Source: a virus
IMG/VR virus record: IMGVR_UViG_3300042868_005641
Coordinates: 13,875 to 77,874 of that record
Direction: 5' to 3' (one strand)
DNA: 64,000 nt
The notes below the pieces were generated by a model, which saw nothing but the letters and a program-made list of their open reading frames with translations, was not told the DNA's origin and searched no databases. Numbering within the stretch: the stretch's first letter is position 1; each line of letters begins with the position of its first letter. Made by a program: the position numbers and the translations under genes. Positions 1 through 10,174 of this stretch are shown in pieces.

Positions 1-1199
1 ATGGCAATAGCAACAGTTGCCATCATCCAATGCCGCATGCTATCCCTGAACACTTGCTAGACAACCCGGCGGTGCTGCACAATACTCCCCACAAGTTGAA
101 AATGCAACAGCAGATGTTGGATGGACAACGTCCTGATGAGTGCCACATGTGCTGGCATATAGAAGATTCGGCACCTGATGCCATAAGTGATCGATTGATA
201 AAAAGTGTTGACTGGCAGGATCATATTGCCGATTTAAAAATAGATCCACAGTATGTGCCGCCTATGATTGAAGTTGTATTTGATAACTATTGCAACCTAA
301 CTTGCAGCTATTGTGATTCGGGACAAAGCTCTAGTTGGGCAGCCCGCATACATCAGGAACCATTGGCATTAGAAACTGATCTTCGACAGTTGTATTCCAA
401 GATACATATTGCTCCGGGTACTACTAAAACAGCGTACCTGGATGCCTGGATGAAATGGTGGCCCACTGCTAGAACACAAGTGAACAAAATAAAAGTCAGT
501 GGCGGCGAACCATTGATTAGTAAAAACTTTTGGAAATTTATTGACTCAATGGGGCCGGCCACTGACCTCAACTTGGCCATTAACAGTAACTTTTCAGTAT
601 CCGCAGAACATGTAAAAAAGCTGGCTGCACTTGCTGGAAATTTTTCTACAATAAACATTGCAGCCAGTATTGATGCCACTGGTTCTATTGCAGAATACAC
701 TAGGCAAGGCCTGGACTACCAAAAGTTCCTAACCAATGTGGAATATTGGTGCTCATCGACTCCACCTAATTGTAGCATTTACCTACAAAGCACTGTGAAC
801 GTACTAAACATATGGGGGCTCACTGACAAGTTTGATCTTAACATACAGCTACGGAAACAGTATCCTGATCGTGTGCGGGATCTTTATTGTACTGTGGTTC
901 GTAGTCCAGAATTCCAAAGCATTAGTATACTTCCGGCCCATCTCAAACTGCAATTGCATACCAAGATGCAAGATTGGGCCACCATCAACCAACATCTACT
1001 CACATACAATGAACTGATCTATATCAACAAAATCATTGGATATCTAACACACAATCCTGAACCTATGCATAAGTTTACTCAACGGCAATTAGAGATTGAC
1101 TTTGTGAAGTTTTTGCAGTATTATGACAAGTCCAGTAAACACAAATATCAAGATGTTTACCCTACGGAATTCATTGAATGGATACACACAATACAATAA
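1..1199 (+). CDS. Radical SAM protein with twitch/SPASM-like N-terminal domain (5' truncated by window edge)
   Basis: CxxxCxxC motif (CNLTCSYC), SGGEPL and SIDA motifs, plus an N-terminal CHMC. The frame is open upstream of position 30 (GNSNSCHHP), so the gene starts before the window. Confidence 0.85.
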   Translation, partial: GNSNSCHHPMPHAIPEHLLDNPAVLHNTPHKLKMQQQMLDGQRPDECHMCWHIEDSAPDAISDRLIKSVDWQDHIADLKIDPQYVPPMIEVVFDNYCNLTCSYCDSGQSSSWAARIHQEPLALETDLRQLYSKIHIAPGTTKTAYLDAWMKWWPTARTQVNKIKVSGGEPLISKNFWKFIDSMGPATDLNLAINSNFSVSAEHVKKLAALAGNFSTINIAASIDATGSIAEYTRQGLDYQKFLTNVEYWCSSTPPNCSIYLQSTVNVLNIWGLTDKFDLNIQLRKQYPDRVRDLYCTVVRSPEFQSISILPAHLKLQLHTKMQDWATINQHLLTYNELIYINKIIGYLTHNPEPMHKFTQRQLEIDFVKFLQYYDKSSKHKYQDVYPTEFIEWIHTIQ

Positions 1200-1200
1200 T

Positions 1201-2661
1201 ATGAAAAGATGCACAATTAAAATAAGCGACGAAGTCAACATCAAAATTGAAGGGTTAGATCTTGATGCTCGCAAAGAGCTGGTAAAGAAATTTAAATACG
1301 ATGTACCTTACGCACGATATCTACCAGCAGTACGGTTAGGACGATGGGATGGTAAAATAGCATACTTTCAATTAGGTGGCAGCACTTATGTGAATCTGCT
1401 GCCGGAGATTTTGCCCATACTAGACAAGCATAATTATGATGTTGAGCTAGATGATCAACGCACTTACACAACTACATTTGAATTTGATCAGGTGCATGAG
1501 CAAACTTATGCTCACATGGCGTGGCCAGACAAACACCCACAGGCAGGCAAGCCTATTGAGCTACGCGACTATCAAGTGGAGATTATCAATAACTTTCTAG
1601 CCAACCCGCAGTGCCTGCAGGAAGTGGCCACAGGTGCAGGCAAGACTATTATGACAGCAGCACTGAGTGATGCTGTGAGCAAGTATGGGCGCAGCATTGT
1701 GATTGTGCCCAACAAGAGCTTGGTCACACAAACAGAAAAAGACTACATCAACATGGAACTGGATGTGGGTGTGTACTTTGGGGATAGAAAAGAATATGGT
1801 CGTAGCCATACCATATGCACTTGGCAAAGTCTAAACAATCTCATGAAGAACACCAAGAATGGCATAGGTGATTGTACCATCCAGGAGTTCCTTGAAGATG
1901 TTATTTGTGTGATAGTAGACGAAGTACATATGGCCAAAGCTGATGCATTGAAAACCTTGTTGACCACTGTGATGGCGCAAGTGCCAATTCGTTGGGGATT
2001 AACTGGTACTATACCCAAAGAAGCATTTGAAAGCCAAGCACTGTTGGTAAGTTTAGGTCCAGTTATTTCAAAGCTGGCTGCTAGTGAATTGCAAGATCGA
2101 GGCGTGCTGGCGCAGTGCCATGTGAATGTGGTGCAGATGGTAGACACCGTGGAACACAAAACTTACCAACAAGAGTTAAAATATCTACTGGAGGAATCAG
2201 GTCGCCTGGATGCTATTGCACAACTGGTATTGCAAGTTAATGAAACTGGCAATACCCTAGTGCTGGTAGATCGTGTGGCACCAGGACATGAGTTGGTTGC
2301 AAGGCTAGGTGATCGAGCAGTGTTTGTGTCAGGTGCAACCAAAGGCGCTGCACGTCAAGAAGAATATGATGAAGTAGCCACGGCTACAGGCAAAATCATT
2401 GTGGCCACTTATGGTGTGGCAGCAGTAGGTATCAACATACCACGTATCTTTAACTTGGTCATGATCGAGTCAGGCAAGAGCTTTACCAGAGTTATCCAAT
2501 CAATCGGACGTGGCATTAGAAAAGCCGAAGACAAGGACCATGTGCAGATTTGGGATATTACCAGCACTTGTAAATTCAGCAAACGTCATTTGACCAAGCG
2601 CAAGGCCTACTATAATGATGCTGCATACCCTTATACCCAGGAAAAATTGCATTGGCAATAA
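1201..2661 (+). CDS. uvsW: UvsW-like superfamily 2 DNA helicase
   Basis: LRDYQ Q-motif, Walker A ATGAGKT, DEVH, GLTGT, QSIGRGIR, and an N-terminal WDGKI typical of T4 UvsW. Confidence 0.85.
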   Translation: MKRCTIKISDEVNIKIEGLDLDARKELVKKFKYDVPYARYLPAVRLGRWDGKIAYFQLGGSTYVNLLPEILPILDKHNYDVELDDQRTYTTTFEFDQVHEQTYAHMAWPDKHPQAGKPIELRDYQVEIINNFLANPQCLQEVATGAGKTIMTAALSDAVSKYGRSIVIVPNKSLVTQTEKDYINMELDVGVYFGDRKEYGRSHTICTWQSLNNLMKNTKNGIGDCTIQEFLEDVICVIVDEVHMAKADALKTLLTTVMAQVPIRWGLTGTIPKEAFESQALLVSLGPVISKLAASELQDRGVLAQCHVNVVQMVDTVEHKTYQQELKYLLEESGRLDAIAQLVLQVNETGNTLVLVDRVAPGHELVARLGDRAVFVSGATKGAARQEEYDEVATATGKIIVATYGVAAVGINIPRIFNLVMIESGKSFTRVIQSIGRGIRKAEDKDHVQIWDITSTCKFSKRHLTKRKAYYNDAAYPYTQEKLHWQ

Positions 2662-2698
2662 GGTTGCATTTTTACAAAAAATAACATACAATACAATC

Positions 2699-3199
2699 AT
2701 GCGTATATTAACCCTTGACAACAAACCTTACGATCTAGATCATTTGCCCGAAGAAGTAGATGACATGAGATTTGCCATCCTAGACAACTCTGATCCAGCT
2801 AATCCAGACTATCATTACATACCTTTAATTTTTCTGGAAAGTTTCAATGCACCTGCATTGGTATTGCAAATAGGTGATGCACGAATCAAAATGCCCATGG
2901 ATTGGCAAGTGCTGATTGGAGAACCTGATGTAGGCGATCTAGAAATGTTGCCACTAACTAGCATTAATGATCGTGGATTCAAACTGTTTCAATTCAATCC
3001 ACTCAGCAGTTTCCGTCCAAGTTTTCCACCTATTGAAATTGTAGATGTATATCAAGAAGTAGCATGGTATGCACCCAAACTCAAAAATGGGCAGATGTTG
3101 TGCGTACCCATTAATGATGCACCTCAACCAGACTGTGTGTATTTTGTCAAAGACATCAGTCGTAACTGCGAAATCGTGGACTATAACAAGGCTTGGTAA
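2699..3199 (+). CDS. Conserved hypothetical phage protein
   Basis: Intact ORF starting MRILTLDN, directly behind a TTGCAT-17-TACAAT promoter. Confidence 0.6.
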   Translation: MRILTLDNKPYDLDHLPEEVDDMRFAILDNSDPANPDYHYIPLIFLESFNAPALVLQIGDARIKMPMDWQVLIGEPDVGDLEMLPLTSINDRGFKLFQFNPLSSFRPSFPPIEIVDVYQEVAWYAPKLKNGQMLCVPINDAPQPDCVYFVKDISRNCEIVDYNKAW

Positions 3200-3201
3200 T
3201 C

Positions 3202-4014
3202 ATGGCAGAATTATCCTACAGCGAAAAACTCAAAAACTTTCCCTCAGTTAATTACACCAGCTTGCGTGAAAGTACGGATCGTCGGTTGTACATGAAATAT
3301 CAATTTGATCATTATGGTATCACAAAAACAAATGTGTACCTAACTGAAAGATTTGATAAAATTTCTGATTATGTTCAAGTAACAGGCACAGGATTGATCA
3401 TGCCTGAAGTTCACACACAGATGGGAACCATAATTTCTCACATAAATCTCTTGAGAAATTGGTACGTGTCCACTGATGAAGAATATGCTATTTTTTGTGA
3501 AGATGACGTTAGCTTTGAAAGCATAAGATATTGGAATTTCACCTGGGATGAGTTTGTACAAAGTCTTCCAGAATACTGGAATGGTGTGCAACTGACCAAG
3601 GTAATGATGCCTTACTGCAATCCCGAGGGTGACCCTAACTTAAAACTCAAGATAACACGTGGCCGCTGGTGGGGCGCACATTCGTTATTCCGACGATCTT
3701 ATGTGAAACTTCTGTTGGACAATGTGTGTCGTGGTTACAACAGCTATCAATTGGATTCTATCTATCTTGACGGAGTCCCGTACGGCCCTATTATAGAAAA
3801 CTTACTGTATCTGCAAGCAGGCGGAGTGTTTAATTTTCCAATGCTGTTTGAAGACGCATCGTTTGATACCACTTATAGGGGCAAAAACAAAATCACAGTG
3901 GGCGCAGACACTGCTAACGACTCACAATATTGGTCACATCGTTTGGTTGCTGAACAATGGAGAACCCATGGAGCAACTTTGGATTTCAAAGATGCTATGA
4001 CATTAGAATATTGA
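3202..4014 (+). CDS. Glycosyltransferase family 25-like protein
   Basis: 'SL..STDRR', 'GTIISH..L..W' and 'IFCEDDV' motifs. Confidence 0.65.
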   Translation: MAELSYSEKLKNFPSVNYTSLRESTDRRLYMKYQFDHYGITKTNVYLTERFDKISDYVQVTGTGLIMPEVHTQMGTIISHINLLRNWYVSTDEEYAIFCEDDVSFESIRYWNFTWDEFVQSLPEYWNGVQLTKVMMPYCNPEGDPNLKLKITRGRWWGAHSLFRRSYVKLLLDNVCRGYNSYQLDSIYLDGVPYGPIIENLLYLQAGGVFNFPMLFEDASFDTTYRGKNKITVGADTANDSQYWSHRLVAEQWRTHGATLDFKDAMTLEY

Positions 4015-4017
4015 TCT

Positions 4018-4263
4018 ATGCCAGTGTTTGAAAGTCCAGACGGTGGAAACACAGTGTACTCTCGTGAGGCAGGATCAGATCAACGTGAGTTGGTCAAAAC
4101 TTATGATCTTAGAACCCACGATGGTAGACCGCTGCATGAACACATAATGGAAGACAAGATGTGGGGTAAAATTCGACGAGCAGCTAAGACTAATCCTGCT
4201 TTACAAGATGCCCTAGAACGTGCTATAATGATCTATCACTTGACCAAGAAAAATAATGGATAA
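4018..4263 (+). CDS. Hypothetical phage protein
   Basis: ORF with 'FESPDGGNTVYSRE', tightly packed between its neighbours. Confidence 0.6.
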   Translation: MPVFESPDGGNTVYSREAGSDQRELVKTYDLRTHDGRPLHEHIMEDKMWGKIRRAAKTNPALQDALERAIMIYHLTKKNNG

Positions 4264-4696
4264 ACTACATATCAGCAACGAGATGCGGCAGATGGATGCA
4301 AAGAATCGAGCATTCTACGATGAGCTCACAGTGGAAGAACGCAAGAAGTTTAGCACGTTCCTTATGGTACGTTGGGGCAGTACAGTGAGCGGCAGTCAAG
4401 AACTACAAGAATACTATGTGCAGAGTGTGAATCATTATCTCAACAAGCACTTCTTTACCATGCACAAGCATCCTAAACTGCAATGGCTTATGGCCACAGC
4501 AGCCAGCCCAGGTATGGGATCCATGCGACATGACTGGCTTTCTCTTAAAAAGAAAGAGGGCGGCGACTCTGCGCTAAAGAAGCAGTTAAGAGAACTGTAT
4601 CCGCATTTCAAAGAAGATGAAATTGATTTGATGGCTACGATGACCACCAAAAAAGAAGTCACACAACTCATACGTGACCATGGCAACGACAAGTAA
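4256..4696 (+). CDS. Putative clamp-loader small subunit (T4 gp62-like)
   Basis: Size and 'FSTFLMVRW..N..HPKLQW..RHDW..KK' pattern resemble gp62-type proteins; lies in a replication region. Confidence 0.5.
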   Translation: MDKLHISNEMRQMDAKNRAFYDELTVEERKKFSTFLMVRWGSTVSGSQELQEYYVQSVNHYLNKHFFTMHKHPKLQWLMATAASPGMGSMRHDWLSLKKKEGGDSALKKQLRELYPHFKEDEIDLMATMTTKKEVTQLIRDHGNDK

Positions 4697-5366
4697 CTTC
4701 ACATGCAAGTATTGCAGTCGATCATTCAGCAAAGAGTCCACGCTGAGTGTGCATGTTTGTGAACAGAAGAAACGTTTTCAGGAATCTAGCGAACGTGGTG
4801 TACAACTGGGACTGCAAGGGTACTTGAAGTTCTACGAATACACCCAAGGATCAGCCAAAGTCAAGACTTGGGAAGACTTTGCCACGTCACCTTATTACCG
4901 TGCATTTGTCAAATGGGGTCGATACTGTGTGGATGTCAAAGTAATCAACCCTGTGCGTTTCATAGAATGGTTGCTGAAGAACAACAAGAAAATTGACAAC
5001 TGGTGTAGCGATAATTTGTATACAGAGTATCTTGTGGAATATGTGCGTAAAGAAGCTGTAGATGATGCATTGGCTCGAGCAATCGAACATGGCATGACCT
5101 GGAGTGAAAAACAACATGCACCTGCACATGATTGTTTACGTTATGGCAGTGCAAATGCCAATTGCTATGCAATCACAACAGGTAGAATAAGTGCCTGGGT
5201 GATCTACAATAGTGAGTCAGGGCAGAAGTTCTTGAATGAACTCAATGCAGAGCAAGTGGCCATGATATGGCCTTACATTGATTCCGACATATGGCAAAAG
5301 AAGTTTGCGGATCATCCTGCAGACCAGGCGTATGCACAAGAAATTTTAACACAAGCAGGATGGTGA
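4674..5366 (+). CDS. Hypothetical protein with N-terminal zinc finger
   Basis: FTCKYCSRSF..L..HVC, a C2HC-type finger. Confidence 0.6.
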   Translation: MTMATTSNFTCKYCSRSFSKESTLSVHVCEQKKRFQESSERGVQLGLQGYLKFYEYTQGSAKVKTWEDFATSPYYRAFVKWGRYCVDVKVINPVRFIEWLLKNNKKIDNWCSDNLYTEYLVEYVRKEAVDDALARAIEHGMTWSEKQHAPAHDCLRYGSANANCYAITTGRISAWVIYNSESGQKFLNELNAEQVAMIWPYIDSDIWQKKFADHPADQAYAQEILTQAGW

Positions 5367-6424
5367 TGAAAACACTAAAAATTAATCCAATCAACCTCGT
5401 GGATGAATTCATGAGTCAATATCAGATTTGGAAAGATCATGATAATTTCTACAATCAAAGTTCAAATATTGTTGATATACAGAAAAGTGATAGCGGCATA
5501 CCTTGTTTTAATTATCAAGAAATTGGCGCTATAAATCAGTGCAACGCTCCATTGATAGCAATCGACTGTTTGACTGAGGGCAAGCACTCAGTCCGGTGGT
5601 TTAACCAATACAACACAGACAAGCACTATATCATATTTGCCAACGAATCACATTGTGCGCCAGAAGATCTCAATTTAAAAATATCCTATACTTGGATACC
5701 TCACTATTTCTTTTTATTTCTAATGGCTGACACATATAACACTCCATGGAAATTTTGTTTTTATATTGACAAATTGTACAAATTTGATTATCCAAAGCCC
5801 ATGCAATTTGTATCCACCACTGGTGATATAAGACCAGAGAGATCCTATCTTAAAAATCAGCTGATCGAACACATCAAATACAAAAATTTTATTTTTAGAT
5901 ATAGCGGAGTTGATTATGGAGTTCAAGCCGATTCATTTGATGTGGTTAGTTTTGATAAAACTGAATTTAATCCTTACCGACCGATATTAGAAAAATACTA
6001 TCATAACATAGGTCAAACGTTGCCTATAAACATGTACAATCAGGCCTGTTTCAATCTTGTGGTGGAGACTGACATTGATTATCAGTATGGGTTTTTACTG
6101 TCAGAAAAAACCATCAAGTGTCTAATCACTGGAATGCCGTTTGTAATTGTGTCAACTCCGTATTTTTTAAAACATCTCAAAGAATTAGGATTCTACACGT
6201 ACAGTGAGTTATGGGATGAAAGTTACGACGAGTTAGACTATACCAAACGCATTGATAAAATAGTTGATCTATGCAATAATCTTGACTCATTTGACTGGGC
6301 AGCAAATAGGTCTGCGCTGGAGCTAATTGGGTTAAAAAACAGATGCAACTTTCTAAATCTAAATCAGGTTATAAGTAAAAGTTTTCAACAATTTGAACAG
6401 GCAATATTGGAGTTAACAGTATGA
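5366..6424 (+). CDS. Glycosyltransferase-like protein, paralogue 1 (GT-B/GT10-like C-terminus)
   Basis: 'FNLVVET..LSEKTIK..PF..LKELGF.T..DESYD'; TGATG coupling to the upstream gene. Confidence 0.55.
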   Translation: MKTLKINPINLVDEFMSQYQIWKDHDNFYNQSSNIVDIQKSDSGIPCFNYQEIGAINQCNAPLIAIDCLTEGKHSVRWFNQYNTDKHYIIFANESHCAPEDLNLKISYTWIPHYFFLFLMADTYNTPWKFCFYIDKLYKFDYPKPMQFVSTTGDIRPERSYLKNQLIEHIKYKNFIFRYSGVDYGVQADSFDVVSFDKTEFNPYRPILEKYYHNIGQTLPINMYNQACFNLVVETDIDYQYGFLLSEKTIKCLITGMPFVIVSTPYFLKHLKELGFYTYSELWDESYDELDYTKRIDKIVDLCNNLDSFDWAANRSALELIGLKNRCNFLNLNQVISKSFQQFEQAILELTV

Positions 6425-6771
6425 TCAAAGGACTAATGGGCGATATGTATGTACACGTAAGTGGTGGTGATACCAGTTTACCATACGTGACACAAAACAC
6501 AAACAATCCTATACAAGGCATGATGCGGGTTAACGGCAATCTTTTGGAAACATTTGACGGATCTAGATGGATCCAGATAAACTCCAGTTACGCAACTGTG
6601 AGCCTTACTGCAACATATCAAGCGGCCATGAACTGGGTTATTGACAAAATGGAAGAAGAACAACAGATGAAAGCATTGGCCGAACAACATACAGCAATTG
6701 CTGATCTAGTGGATGCAGTGGACCGAGCACAAGAACAACTGCGAATGACAGCAGCATTGGTTAAGATATGA
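6421..6771 (+). CDS. Hypothetical phage protein
   Basis: ORF coupled by ATGA overlaps on both sides. Confidence 0.6.
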   Translation: MIKGLMGDMYVHVSGGDTSLPYVTQNTNNPIQGMMRVNGNLLETFDGSRWIQINSSYATVSLTATYQAAMNWVIDKMEEEQQMKALAEQHTAIADLVDAVDRAQEQLRMTAALVKI

Positions 6772-7319
6772 GCGCAGACATTGATATTGACGTGCCCAAT
6801 AGGGATGCTGTGCTGGCATTGATCGAGCACACAGCCGCACGACAAAGTAATGGAAAAAAGCACAACTCAGGAATCTACATCACACACATACCACGTGATC
6901 CTGTGCTAGGATGCGCAGCCATAGACTATGAAACAGCAGAAGCAAGAGGCTATTTCAAGATCGACTTGTTGAACATGAGTGTGTACAACTTGATTCGTGA
7001 CACTACACACTATGAACAGATGCTTGCAGCTACTCCGCCGTGGGATAGATTGTGGTCAGATCCTACGTGGGCCAGTCAACTGGTACATATAGGCAACTAT
7101 CAAGCATTACTAAAGAGTATGCGCCCAGATTCGATTCCTAGAATGGCAGCGTTTATCAGTGTGATACGTCCAGGCAAAGCACACTTGCAGAACCAGTCTT
7201 GGCCTACAGTATTTGACTCAGTGTGGGACGGTGATGACAGCAGAGGCTATACATTTAAGAAAGCTCATGCTGTGGGATATGCAGCTTTGGTTGCGCTACA
7301 TATGAATTTGTTGAACTAA
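6768..7319 (+). CDS. Miniature DNA polymerase III alpha (DnaE / family C)-like protein
   Basis: DIDID, KHNSG, FKIDLL, IRPG and YTFKKAHA..Y match DnaE motifs PDxDxD, HAxG, KxDxL, RPG and YxFNKSH in order, in only 183 aa. Confidence 0.75.
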   Translation: MSADIDIDVPNRDAVLALIEHTAARQSNGKKHNSGIYITHIPRDPVLGCAAIDYETAEARGYFKIDLLNMSVYNLIRDTTHYEQMLAATPPWDRLWSDPTWASQLVHIGNYQALLKSMRPDSIPRMAAFISVIRPGKAHLQNQSWPTVFDSVWDGDDSRGYTFKKAHAVGYAALVALHMNLLN

Positions 7320-7841
7320 TTTACAATTATCATTATGCCAACGATTGATATTAGTTAAAATACTAATAAATCCACAATGTATGCAAGAGTGTTTTTGTTT
7401 TTGTTTTGCTTTTTCTCTAATTTTTTCTTTGTGTGATTCTGACTTTGGCTTACCAACCAATGCTGCACTGATTTTATTTGATCCGGTTTGTTTACGACCA
7501 AACATAGGATTTAAATTACCAACTCTAGTACCGGTCATTGTCAGACTACGCCGTTGTCTAGTTTTGTTAGATTGCTTAACTCCGCCTGCACCATCTCCAC
7601 CATCAGTCTGATTTTGTAAAATGCCAGTGCCTAAGTCTTTTCTACCCCACCAACGTATAAGTCGGCGTTCTATGGCACAAGCACCTATGTCTGTTAAATT
7701 TGATTCGAGTATTATTATTCGTGTTGATTCTTTTGGCACGGCAACTCGATGTTTTTCTGTTGCTCTGCGGCCTTTACCTTTACCGATATAATAAGGCGTG
7801 CCATCTTTGCGTAGATAGGCATAAACGTAGTAAATATGCAT
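7296..7841 (-). mobile_element. Free-standing GIY-YIG homing endonuclease with NUMOD3-like repeats
   Basis: YVYAY..PYYIGKG..R, 'L.NQTDGGDG', NPMFG and 'KSESHKEKI'. Start placed at 7841 because GAAAGGA lies just upstream. Confidence 0.85.
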
Positions 7842-7842
7842 G

Positions 7843-7907
7843 CTGTGATTCCTTTCAATCATAGAGTAGTTGGATATTTCCAGTATCGCGAACTACACCC
7901 TTATTTA
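7843..7907 (-). promoter_or_regulatory. Late promoter plus two-hairpin leader of the GIY-YIG gene
   Basis: TAAATA (7907-7902), then a GTAGTT/AACTAC stem with an inner GATA/TATC, then a TGATT/AATCA stem enclosing the SD. Confidence 0.6.
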
Positions 7908-7914
7908 GTATATT

Positions 7915-8292
7915 TTACTCAATACGCCTCACCAGGGTAATTGATTTTCGCTTGCCTTTTCTACGGGCAATGTCATTGAGACTGCACACAGGACCATGTA
8001 GTATTTCCAAGTCTTTGTTTACAAAGGTTCGTAAACAACTGCGAAATTCGTCCCATTCACCACGTAGGAATATGTTGATAGGAATGCTGCGATTAGATTC
8101 CCACCACCAGGTGTTGGCAAGATCCAAGTATCGACGTTTTTGCTCTAGATCTTTTACATTTCCAAAGTCATAAATGGTGGTGATTATATCATCTCTGTTC
8201 TGTACAATGCCCACATATTCGTTGGTGGCGTACATACACAGCGTTATAAACGGATATTTGTCTGCAAGTTTTTGAAATAAGTCTCGGCCCAT
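7915..8292 (-). CDS. Conserved hypothetical phage protein
   Basis: Intact 125-aa ORF (WWWESNRSIPI) with TAAATA upstream on the - strand (8314-8309). Confidence 0.65.
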   Translation of the reverse strand: MGRDLFQKLADKYPFITLCMYATNEYVGIVQNRDDIITTIYDFGNVKDLEQKRRYLDLANTWWWESNRSIPINIFLRGEWDEFRSCLRTFVNKDLEILHGPVCSLNDIARRKGKRKSITLVRRIE

Positions 8293-8352
8293 ATTGTACT
8301 AGTTCGGATATTTATACCCGGAGACTCTAGGTAAATATCATTGGAGCACCAT

Positions 8353-9441
8353 ATGTATTCAACTCAGATCTATATCTATCAGCAAATCCAACGAGTGTTG
8401 GTCTTGGATTCCAGCGGTGCTTATTTTGACCGGAGGTGGGACCCAGTGTACGCTAAAAAATTAACCATCAACAAAGGTGTTGACAATGTGATCTTGTTTG
8501 AATTTGTTAATCAAGATCAAAAGCCTGTGAACATCACAGGATCAGAATTACGATTCAAGTTGATCAATCTAGCAGGTACTGCTCAGTTGATTGAAAAAGA
8601 CATGGTCATTATTAATGCACAGTACGGCCGTGCCAAAGTCACGTTAACCTCTGCTGAAACTTCTGAATTTCCACCAGATCCAAGCAGCTATAGTATTGAA
8701 CGTGCCAGTGGCAATCTAGTAGAAGCTGTGTTTGTGGATGCGCAAGCCCAGGCTCGTGGTGATGTGGACATTGTAGACAGCGTAAAGCCTGCTTTTGTGC
8801 CTAGCCAATTGGTGACTATACCTAACATCTACGGGCCAGAAGCATTCCTAGATCCTGTATTCAGTGCCAACTACCCAGACTGGGCATTAAATCCACCAGG
8901 CGCATATGGAAATGTTTACAATGATCCACAACGATTCAGTAGCCATGTAAACAGTAATGGTTCTAGCTTGACTACGTTTCAGATGGAGATGGATCATTTC
9001 ACTGGCAATGTCAAGGCACAAGGTGCTCAAACATATGAATCAGTCTGGGTTGATGTTACTGAACAACAAAGTTACTACAACAAAACTGGTACAGACTATA
9101 TCAATGTATTAGGATATCATCCTTTGTTAAGACTTGTGGCAGATCAATGGCCGGGCACAGAACAGGTACAATTAGCCACAGCCACAGCGTATGGTGCAAA
9201 TGGTGTAATTACATCTATCACAGTGACGCAGTCTGGATATGGATATCTAGCACCACCGCGTGTGAATATTATTGGCCTGGGTGCAGGTGCTGTAGCCGAA
9301 GCAGAAATTGAAGGTAACTCAGTAAGTGCCATAAATGTTATTAATGGTGGGCAAGGGTATGTATCCAATCCACAACAAAGCAATCAGATTGCTGCGGTCA
9401 GTCTCAATCGTGGAGCCATTACAAGCATACTAGTTAGATGA
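8353..9441 (+). CDS. Putative virion structural protein (baseplate/tail)
   Basis: TAAATA at 8332-8337; C-terminal 'ITVTQSGYGY..P.V.I.G.GAGA.A' repeats typical of myophage structural proteins. Confidence 0.55.
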   Translation: MYSTQIYIYQQIQRVLVLDSSGAYFDRRWDPVYAKKLTINKGVDNVILFEFVNQDQKPVNITGSELRFKLINLAGTAQLIEKDMVIINAQYGRAKVTLTSAETSEFPPDPSSYSIERASGNLVEAVFVDAQAQARGDVDIVDSVKPAFVPSQLVTIPNIYGPEAFLDPVFSANYPDWALNPPGAYGNVYNDPQRFSSHVNSNGSSLTTFQMEMDHFTGNVKAQGAQTYESVWVDVTEQQSYYNKTGTDYINVLGYHPLLRLVADQWPGTEQVQLATATAYGANGVITSITVTQSGYGYLAPPRVNIIGLGAGAVAEAEIEGNSVSAINVINGGQGYVSNPQQSNQIAAVSLNRGAITSILVR

Positions 9442-10172
9442 AATATAAAAAAATTGTAGGATTTGGTGATTCGTGGATGTATGGTGACGAGTTGTTGGAT
9501 CCAGAGTTGGTGCTAACCCACTCAGATGCACACTCATGTTGGATACAAAATAATACATATCGAACTAATCATAATTTTTTAGGCTTGCTTGGTAAACATT
9601 ACAATGTGCCTGTTGAAAATTTTGGCATCCCGGGTGGCTCAATGCAAAGTTCAATATGGACATTTCAATGGTGGTTGGACCATGAACCCAACCCTGAAGA
9701 ATGTTTGGTATTGGTAGGACATACAGATTCAGACAGACTTAGTTTTTATAATCCCAATCATCGCAGTTACGATAATGATCCGCCTTGGAACAAGTTTATA
9801 CATTCCACATGGGTAGAATTTGGAAGCAGTGTAGTACCTGAAGAATTCCGCACAATGATTAAACAACAATTGGTACTGACCAACTGTGCAGCACTGTCAA
9901 GATTGAATTATCAACAGACTGTGATGTTTTTTGACGGAGTCTCTGCTAGACATAACATACCCATTATGCAATTTCACGTCATGCCTGCCGAGTGCGAAAT
10001 GAAAAATACTCCTACTATAATTTGGCCCGGCTTTGCAACTACACTTTGGTTCCGAGACCATCCAGGAAATCGAAATCGTGAACTGATCAAAGCAGGCGGT
10101 CATCCCAACGAGATTGGGCATGTAATGATTACTGAAAAGTTGATTTCTACCATAGACTCTGCTACAATGTAA
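9438..10172 (+). CDS. SGNH/GDSL-fold protein
   Basis: GFGDSW block I, NFGIPGGS block II and GHPNEIGH block V. Confidence 0.55.
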   Translation: MKYKKIVGFGDSWMYGDELLDPELVLTHSDAHSCWIQNNTYRTNHNFLGLLGKHYNVPVENFGIPGGSMQSSIWTFQWWLDHEPNPEECLVLVGHTDSDRLSFYNPNHRSYDNDPPWNKFIHSTWVEFGSSVVPEEFRTMIKQQLVLTNCAALSRLNYQQTVMFFDGVSARHNIPIMQFHVMPAECEMKNTPTIIWPGFATTLWFRDHPGNRNRELIKAGGHPNEIGHVMITEKLISTIDSATM

Positions 10173-10174
10173 GG

